From Planctomycetota bacterium (GTDB lineage: Bacteria > Planctomycetota > SZUA-567 > H5-PLA8), in assembly GCA_038227875.1 (NCBI GenBank), contig JBBRPR010000083.1, positions 1 through 32,769 on the forward strand: a stretch of DNA of 32,769 bases, written 5' to 3'. Position 1 is the stretch's first letter, and every line of letters begins with the position of its first letter. The notes below the pieces were generated by a model, which was given only the letters and a program-made list of their open reading frames with translations, did not search any database and was not told where the DNA came from. Both the position numbers and the translations under genes were made by a program. Positions 27,601 to 32,769 of the stretch are shown piece by piece.

Positions 27601-28836
27601 AATCAGCCACCACTCATTACGACTGCGGCATCCGCAACGCCGAATGCCGTCACCGTAGGACAGAACGTGGCCTTCTCAGTTGCGGCAAGCGATCCCAATG
27701 GCGATGCGTTGAGTTATTCCTGGGCGTTGGGTGACGGTGCCACCGCAAGCGGCAGTACCACTTCGCATGCGTTTGCAGCGATTGGAAATTTCACTGCCAC
27801 GGTCACCGTCTCCGATGGAAAAGGCGGCATGGCCACCAGCAGCACGGCCGTCACGGTCACGTCCCCGATCCAACCCGGTGTGGTCAAGATCAACTTTCAA
27901 CCGTCGGGAGCTGTCGTTCCGGCAGGATACCTGGCCGACGCGGGTGCTCCATACGCGGACCGGGGTAATGGGCAAACGTACGGATGGGATCTCGATTTGA
28001 GCGGTCAAACATGGCAGCGACATATTAGCAGCGATGCGCGCCTGGACACGGCCGTCTTCACTTGGGGCACAACACGCACGTGGACCTGCTCGGTGGCCAA
28101 TGGGAACTATTCGGTCAAGCTGTTGAGCGGTGATCCGCAATGGTATCATGGGCAGAATTGGGTGGAACTGCAGGGCGCCGTCGTCATTAACAATGCGGCT
28201 ACCGCAGCCAATCAGTACATCACCGTTGCAGCTCCCGTCACCGTCTCGAACGGAAAATTGGTCATCCGGATTGGCAATGGTTCCTGGGAGACCGCGCTGA
28301 ACTACATCGAGATCACACCAGTTCCGGGTGGTGCGGCTACCGCCAGTTCCGCCCCTGAAGTCTCGCTTCCAACCACGCTGGCCATGACCGTGACTCATGC
28401 CCAGATTTCGACGAAGTTCAACGCCGCTGGCCGTGACGTCTGCAAGATCAAAGGAACGCTGCCACAGGTTTCGAGTCCGTTCGATCCCGCAGGCAAGTCG
28501 CTGCTCATAAATATCGCAGGTGTCTCTGCTCCGTTCATTTTGGATGCCCGCGGAAAGGCCAAATCGCTGGATGGATCCGTGATCGCGCTGGTTTTCAAGT
28601 CTTCGCGTACCCTCTCCCTTGACGCGAGCCGCAACGCGGGATTTCAGAAAGTAGCGTTCACACTGATGATCAAGAATGGTGCCTGGACGAAACTCTGGAA
28701 CAGCGATGGCACGGGGACAGACTCGGCACCGCGCTCCGTGATGGCCAGCGTTCAACTGGAGGGCTCGACGTATCTGGAGAATGTTCAACTTGCGGTCAAA
28801 ACAAAAAACAGCTCCGGCATGATGCTCTCAAAATAG
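24664..28836 (+). CDS. Secreted multidomain glycoside hydrolase (DUF5060 + clan GH-A TIM barrel, 2 Ig-like, 2 x [PKD + CBM-like], C-terminal domain)
   Basis: Signal peptide, DUF5060-like GFFYD..WKVRFAPNETGTWSW, WELANE acid/base and IIISE nucleophile motifs, two PSITTQP..FQWKKNG Ig domains, and two KINFQP..GYLAD.G..YGW domains. Confidence 0.88.
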   Translation: MLTSKFRLDINALLLLLLTVCWQLPVSASALSVTVTPSAPSVPRYDVYELTLGHTANYTYPNDDVTIAASFTAPSGKTFSVGGFFYDVNAWKVRFAPNETGTWSWSLNFTAPDGSFASTGNFSCAASARSGFVRLHPTSSYRLITEDTGKAFFPIGIQQGYEGLPNNPSVGGLSWFLPPTGNPGSTNNSVYPVSSDTYFAPFAQAGFNLYRDNGESQNVLLDFNTSASGKNQYDIQRSKNTDLLCSDSHRHQLKLMLCFSANPHFYVGDTWDLSNPAVKQAWLRHHQYCINRYGAYVDIWELANEWGQRGEPTQAYYDTVTQYVHNNDPYQHLITISYQPTHPQPLIDIGGPHYYIGSSNLDLDDQIVNGTYGLVHNTFLNKPIIISEVGNNAPIGDNDMPLEERYRIFLWTSFFNRAAIIPWDGYNGSGQSGTGVANLYVGSTQRGHASKFSAYVSDFDPNAIPVSVTMSPANAMRGYVLGSNQCVGGWFTHTTSHSTTLSGATVTLNIPAAGMAGQWIDPASGNVLQSFSPASGTQTLNVPAFASDIALKILGGGGPLAPSITTQPQNQTVAAGQTATFTVAASGTGPLAFQWKKNGSPIGGATSASYTTPATTTTDSGAAFLCVVTNAVGSASSNAALLTVNATAVAPSVTTQPVNQTVAAGQTATFSIVAAGTAPLTYQWKKNGSAIAGATSASYTTPATTTADSGAAFLCVVSNAVGSATSIAAILTVLDPGPSITSPASAVPNPATVGQSVAFTVAANDPDGDTLLYRWSFGDGSTGSGNSISHAYSAAGVFAASVTVDDGKGTTVVSNVNVSVTTATTSSALKINFQPASAIVPAGYLADSGAVYAARGNGQSYGWDIDLSAQTSKRNLNSDPRLDTAVFTWNTTRSWSCALANGNYLVTLASGDAQWYHGQNWVELQGAVVINNVASAPNQFLVLSNVPVTVSNGKLTVRIGNGSWETALNYVDITPVSGGNQPPLITTAASATPNAVTVGQNVAFSVAASDPNGDALSYSWALGDGATASGSTTSHAFAAIGNFTATVTVSDGKGGMATSSTAVTVTSPIQPGVVKINFQPSGAVVPAGYLADAGAPYADRGNGQTYGWDLDLSGQTWQRHISSDARLDTAVFTWGTTRTWTCSVANGNYSVKLLSGDPQWYHGQNWVELQGAVVINNAATAANQYITVAAPVTVSNGKLVIRIGNGSWETALNYIEITPVPGGAATASSAPEVSLPTTLAMTVTHAQISTKFNAAGRDVCKIKGTLPQVSSPFDPAGKSLLINIAGVSAPFILDARGKAKSLDGSVIALVFKSSRTLSLDASRNAGFQKVAFTLMIKNGAWTKLWNSDGTGTDSAPRSVMASVQLEGSTYLENVQLAVKTKNSSGMMLSK
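26344..26865 (+). repeat. Tandem duplicated Ig-like domain (period 267 nt)
   Basis: Units start at 26344 and 26611 and are near-identical in protein sequence. Confidence 0.85.
26872..28323 (+). repeat. Tandem duplicated PKD + CBM-like module (period 735 nt)
   Basis: KINFQP occurs at 27151 and 27886. QWYHGQNWVELQGAVVINN and IGNGSWETALNY are identical in both copies. Confidence 0.85.
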
Positions 28837-29005
28837 CCCCGCTATTTTGCGCACGCTCCAACATTGAATCGCACCGATGGACCTCATGGTTCTGCAAATC
28901 GTCATCACTACGCAGGACGGGTAGGGCGTTCGAGCGGAGGCAGTGCAATCAAATACTGCTGACCGCCCTCGTTCTCGAACGTCGGGAGATGCCGGATTGC
29001 GGGGA

Positions 29006-30745
29006 TCAGGTACTACAGAGTTCCAAGTTGGATTTTGCCGGGCGCACAGGCCGATCCTTGGCCGGCGCGACGGGCAGTGCATGATGGCAATATGCATCGA
29101 ACGTCCGGTCCATACGCTGCTCGTTGCTTTCGAGAATCGTTGAATTGGAGCGGGGCAGATAGCGGCCGGGCGCGATGATGCCCTGCGGGTCCAATGCTAC
29201 CTTTAAATTCCGTACCGCGTCCCAATAGTGCTGCGAACCTGCATCAAGTTTATTCATCGACCGGATGCCGCAGCGGTAAGGCACGTAACCGGCGTCCATG
29301 CACGTTTTCCAGAGCGCATCGTAACACTGCAGCGCGCGCTGGCCCTCTTCTGGATCTTCTTTGTCGTAAGCCACTGTCAGTACACTGCAGAGAGCGCGCG
29401 CGGTGATCGTGGTCATGGTCAGCAGCGTTTCGAATCCGAAAGCCGCATAAATGGGCTCGACCCGCTCGATGAGGTTCAGCGCGTGGCCGCCACTCATCGG
29501 TAGAATGGGTGAGAGCCACATAAAGCCCCAGCGGTTGTTAAGTGGATCGAGCGTGGGATCGGCTGGCGCGTCTTTGGCTCGCCATCCCGCACCGAAGAGG
29601 TGCTCGCGGCGCGGTATACCCTTCAAGAGATCGAACGCCGGACGGATCAGCGTGACCAGTTCGCACGTCCGCGAAAACAGGCCGTGCCGCCCGGCGAAGC
29701 GCGTAAGATTTTCGGCGCGGCGCAGCATGCTTTCGTCGAAAAAGTGAACACGTCCCAGATGCCGTAGCGCCTTGCGGATCTCCGTCCGCGCGCCGTGGAC
29801 GGTGGCACGCGTACCGTAGATGCCGCCGAGTACATTCCAGGCACCCATGCCGTGCGTCTTTCGCAATTCCTCGCGCATGGCGGACGTCAGCGGCGACTTT
29901 CCTTGCATCGCGTCCCATGGGTAGCGCGAGCGCGCCGAAAGCGCGCGCAAGTCATTGGCAATATGAACAGTGCTCTGCACCGTCCCGGCCAGCCGCAGTT
30001 CGCGCAGCGCATTCACGATGTCCACGATGTCTTCTTCGCGCTCGGCTTTGAGTCCAAACGCTTCCAGGTATTCCGGTCGGCGGTTGAGCCACACGCCCAT
30101 GCGCGTCACAATGCCAAAATTGGATTGGGTAAACAGGCCGTCCAGTGAGGGTCCGATTCCCGGTTTGAACAGATGCGCCGCCTGTGCATTTTCGTAGTGG
30201 CCAAACCCGGTGGCCAGCAAGCTGCCGTCGGCCAGCACCACTTCGTAACCCGCCGACGCGTGATAGTGATCGCCGGCCGGAGAGTGTCCGAAGCCACGTT
30301 CCAGTGTGTTGCCGACGATGCTCGCGTCCGGTCCCGCACCCGTGACATCGAGCCATAACGGGAGATCACGATCGCGCAGGTATTCGTACAGTTGCTGTTG
30401 CGTCACGCCCGGTTCGATCACCGCGTACGCCAATTCCGAATCGACTTCCATAATGCGATTCATGCGCCGCAGGTCCACGATCACCTGTCCGTCGGAAACG
30501 GCGCACGCGTCGCCGTAACCCCAGTTGTTGCCGCGGCTGATGGGATACAGCGGCACGCGGTTGGCGTGGGCGATGCGCACGACCTCCTGCACCTCCTCCC
30601 GGTTTGCGGGGAAGACAACCGCGGCGGGCCGTGTACCTCCGGGATGGGTGCTCCGCGCGTAGCGGTCGCGAACGGCATCGCCGCCGCACACGCGCTCGAA
30701 TCCCAGCAGTTCGGTCCAGCGCGTCAGGGCATTGTTCAGATCCAT
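29006..30745 (-). CDS. FAD-binding oxidoreductase, VAO/p-cresol methylhydroxylase family (FeeG-like)
   Basis: PISRGNNWGYG, IEPGVT, S.VGNTLERGFG, GPSLDGLFTQSNFGIVT, PYR and LDPQGIIAPGRY motifs. Start set at MDLNN (30745) because the longer ORF overlaps the upstream gene. Confidence 0.92.
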   Translation of the reverse strand: MDLNNALTRWTELLGFERVCGGDAVRDRYARSTHPGGTRPAAVVFPANREEVQEVVRIAHANRVPLYPISRGNNWGYGDACAVSDGQVIVDLRRMNRIMEVDSELAYAVIEPGVTQQQLYEYLRDRDLPLWLDVTGAGPDASIVGNTLERGFGHSPAGDHYHASAGYEVVLADGSLLATGFGHYENAQAAHLFKPGIGPSLDGLFTQSNFGIVTRMGVWLNRRPEYLEAFGLKAEREEDIVDIVNALRELRLAGTVQSTVHIANDLRALSARSRYPWDAMQGKSPLTSAMREELRKTHGMGAWNVLGGIYGTRATVHGARTEIRKALRHLGRVHFFDESMLRRAENLTRFAGRHGLFSRTCELVTLIRPAFDLLKGIPRREHLFGAGWRAKDAPADPTLDPLNNRWGFMWLSPILPMSGGHALNLIERVEPIYAAFGFETLLTMTTITARALCSVLTVAYDKEDPEEGQRALQCYDALWKTCMDAGYVPYRCGIRSMNKLDAGSQHYWDAVRNLKVALDPQGIIAPGRYLPRSNSTILESNEQRMDRTFDAYCHHALPVAPAKDRPVRPAKSNLELCST

Positions 30746-30771
30746 GCTATTTTCGCTCCGCACCACGGTGC

Positions 30772-31647
30772 TCAGGCCATCACTTCCAGGCGTTTCCCGG
30801 CGTGAATTTTGAAATACTTCGCTTCCTGAAAACTCATCGTGCGGTGTTGGCTGGCCAGGAAACGCGTGACTTCGCGCTCTTCGTCGGCGGAGAACATGTA
30901 CGCGTGGATGCGCTTGCCTGAACGGTCGCGACCGGAGCTGAAGCCATTCAGTTCCGCCTCCATACGCATGAAATCCATGCGCAGAAGTACTGCCGGCGCG
31001 TCTTTGACGCGCGGGCACGGGCGCTCCGGTCCAACCTGTTCGAAGCGCAGAAGTTTCTTGTAGTACGAGGCGTGGCGCGGATTCACTTCGATCAGCATGT
31101 CGGTGCAACCGCCGCCGCAGCGGGCGTACGCGTAGCTGAGATGAAATAGATGAAAAAGCAGCGCGCGGGCGTTGGGTGTGTCGTCGTCGATCGCCAGCCG
31201 CGTAAACTCAACGAGGGTGCGGCCGCCGGCGCGCATGGCGTCGACCTCGTCGCGGTAGATTTCGTTGCAGGGCAGCCCGAAATGCGAATCGAAAACCAAC
31301 GTGATCGTACCGCGCTCGTGTCCGTGAATGTCCTCGGCAATCAAGGTGAACGACCCGGCGTACGCGTCGAAGGGTGAAACGCACAGTTCGCTGGGATTTT
31401 CATTCACGTAACCCATCCGGCGGTAAACGCGATAGGCCAGAGCATAGGCGCGTCGCCGGCTGGCCTGGTCGGCCGCCACCCGGATTTTAAAATCCGGATT
31501 GCCATCGGCCGCATGGACGATCCACGAGCGGATGTCTTCCTGCTCTTCTGCCACGGCTCGCAAGACTTGCGATACGGCGGTCGTTCGTTTGACCTGGGGA
31601 GCCTGTGTCGGAATGTTGCCCGATGTGTTCACGTTGCTGTCAATCAT
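30772..31647 (-). CDS. N-acyl amino acid synthase (FeeM-like GNAT acyltransferase)
   Basis: AY.L.Y..Y...GY, GTITL..D...GLP, LVEFTRLA and IEVNPRH..YY..LL.F..G..CPRV.APAVLL motifs. RBS GGAGG precedes ATG 31647. Confidence 0.88.
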   Translation of the reverse strand: MIDSNVNTSGNIPTQAPQVKRTTAVSQVLRAVAEEQEDIRSWIVHAADGNPDFKIRVAADQASRRRAYALAYRVYRRMGYVNENPSELCVSPFDAYAGSFTLIAEDIHGHERGTITLVFDSHFGLPCNEIYRDEVDAMRAGGRTLVEFTRLAIDDDTPNARALLFHLFHLSYAYARCGGGCTDMLIEVNPRHASYYKKLLRFEQVGPERPCPRVKDAPAVLLRMDFMRMEAELNGFSSGRDRSGKRIHAYMFSADEEREVTRFLASQHRTMSFQEAKYFKIHAGKRLEVMA

Positions 31648-31838
31648 GAAGTGGACCTCCAACCGCACTCTTGATTCACCTCGAGGACGGGCTACCAACA
31701 AATTCTTTAAGAAAGCGCTGGTGGACACGAATATTGAGTTCGCGAGCAGAGCGAAATTATCGATTTTTCTTTGGTAACGACCGATCCGGAGGCTTCGCAG
31801 TGTTGATTCCAAAACCTGCATAATCGAGGAACACGACG

Positions 31839-32036
31839 ATGCCTTGGATTGTGAAAGTCGATGACGAAGGCCAATTTAGGTTTCTCGCCAATCCGGATGA
31901 GGCCGTGCACCGGGTGGCCTTGGCAAAAGTGGAGGAGCGCGACAAGGCCAGACGCTTTAACACCGAATCCAGCGCCAACGACTTCGCCAGCTTCCGCGGT
32001 TATCGCTATTGGAAGGTTGAGAGGGTCGAGCCGTAA
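31839..32036 (+). CDS. Small hypothetical protein (65 aa)
   Basis: RBS GAGGA upstream, protein-like composition, and it fills the gap between two minus-strand genes. Confidence 0.55.
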   Translation: MPWIVKVDDEGQFRFLANPDEAVHRVALAKVEERDKARRFNTESSANDFASFRGYRYWKVERVEP

Positions 32037-32047
32037 CGCCGGTTCAC

Positions 32048-32632
32048 TCACGCAGCCTGCATGGTCTCTTCTACTGCGACTGGCGAGGCCGGCGCGGCAG
32101 GCGCCTGATCAATCACGCGGTTCAAGCGCGGTTTCAGGTACTCATGCGTGTACCGATTGCAATGGTAGCACATTAGAATGAAGCTTAGCGTTCGCGGCAG
32201 TTGTTCGGGGCAATGCCATAGCACGCGCCAGAGGAAGCGCTTGATTTCCTTTCTGAATTCCGGCGGGAACATGGCGAGGAAATCCCAGAAGAAGCGCACC
32301 AGTCCCAGCGTCGACATTTTGGCGGTGCCGCTGCTGTCTTTTTTGTCGGAGGCGCGTTTTAACTCTACGCTCGCCAGCCAGCGGAAATACGCCCAGCGGC
32401 CTTTCACGGTCGCAGGGCGTGGAAGCCGCAGAAAGGAATCGAGCGTCCGTTCAAAGTATGCGCGCGGCTCGTAAATGGTCTCGACGATGCGGCGAAATCC
32501 GGCTAGCAATTGTCGCGGTGGAATTCGCGTCAGCATATTCGTGTATCCCGATGTGGCCCAGCCGTCGGAATCGTTAAGATCGTCCAGCAGGCGACCCTCA
32601 CGTTTCATGCGATCGTAAAGGGGCGTGCCCGG
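32048..32632 (-). pseudogene. C-terminal part of a B12-binding radical SAM protein (DUF4070-type tail), 5'-truncated or interrupted
   Basis: PGTPLYDRMKREGRL..TNM..L..GF..IYEP..YFER is the typical end of B12-radical SAM proteins. Sequence upstream of PGTPL is unrelated. Confidence 0.75.
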
Positions 32633-32660
32633 CGGATGTCCCATCCGTTGTTGAAATTGG
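32629..32660. mobile_element. Putative terminus of an unidentified insertion element
   Basis: Minus strand reads CCAATTTCAACAACGGATGGGACATCCG-CCGG at the radical SAM breakpoint, the same motif and spacing as 111-142. Confidence 0.4.
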
Positions 32661-32769
32661 TTGAACGTCCGTAGCCGAAACCGAAACGTACCTTCCTTTC
32701 ACGGCCTCGTCAAGGGGCTCGCTTCGTACTGACCGCTTTGTCTACAGGACAGACGCGGTTTACAATCCA

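Noticed and set aside
26344..28323. Intragenic repeats as DGR template/variable repeats
   Set aside because: They are whole-domain in-frame duplications. Differences are largely at synonymous positions and are not adenine-specific.
27676..28788. 370-aa minus-strand ORF, and similar antisense ORFs such as 15447-16403, 18748-19578 and 20224-21156
   Set aside because: Antisense shadows of well-supported genes in GC-rich DNA.
30746..31108. N-terminal 121 aa of the 700-aa ORF
   Set aside because: Overlaps the FeeM-like gene in another frame. Oxidoreductase homology starts at MDLNN (30745).
1..32769. CRISPR arrays, tRNA or rRNA genes
   Set aside because: No regularly spaced short repeats or recognisable structural RNA genes were seen by eye.

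Overview
GC-rich bacterial window, probably Planctomycetota/PVC-like (inferred from the fused ECF sigma factor and the PKD/GloVer surface proteins). The centrepiece is a minus-strand cluster at about 12.0-21.2 kb: ADP-ribosylglycohydrolase, WGR-PARP (H-Y-E triad intact), macrodomain, HEAT/ARM protein, SWIM Zn-finger protein, a retron msr-msd ncRNA that can be read in the sequence, and a retron reverse transcriptase. This looks like a Myxococcus-type (type XIII-like) retron coupled to a full ADP-ribosylation writer/reader/eraser module, a candidate novel anti-phage system. Also present: a stress cluster (5'-truncated PoxB-like enzyme, Mn-catalase, deaminase, DUF72); two giant secreted repeat proteins that share a C-terminal domain; an ECF sigma factor fused to a lectin-like/TPR module; a FeeM/FeeG-like N-acyl-tyrosine gene pair; and a ~70 bp dispersed direct repeat. 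The genes at both window ends are truncated, and a related motif (TTTCAACAA-N4-TGGGAC-N5-CCGG) sits at each breakpoint. No tRNA, rRNA or CRISPR array was seen.
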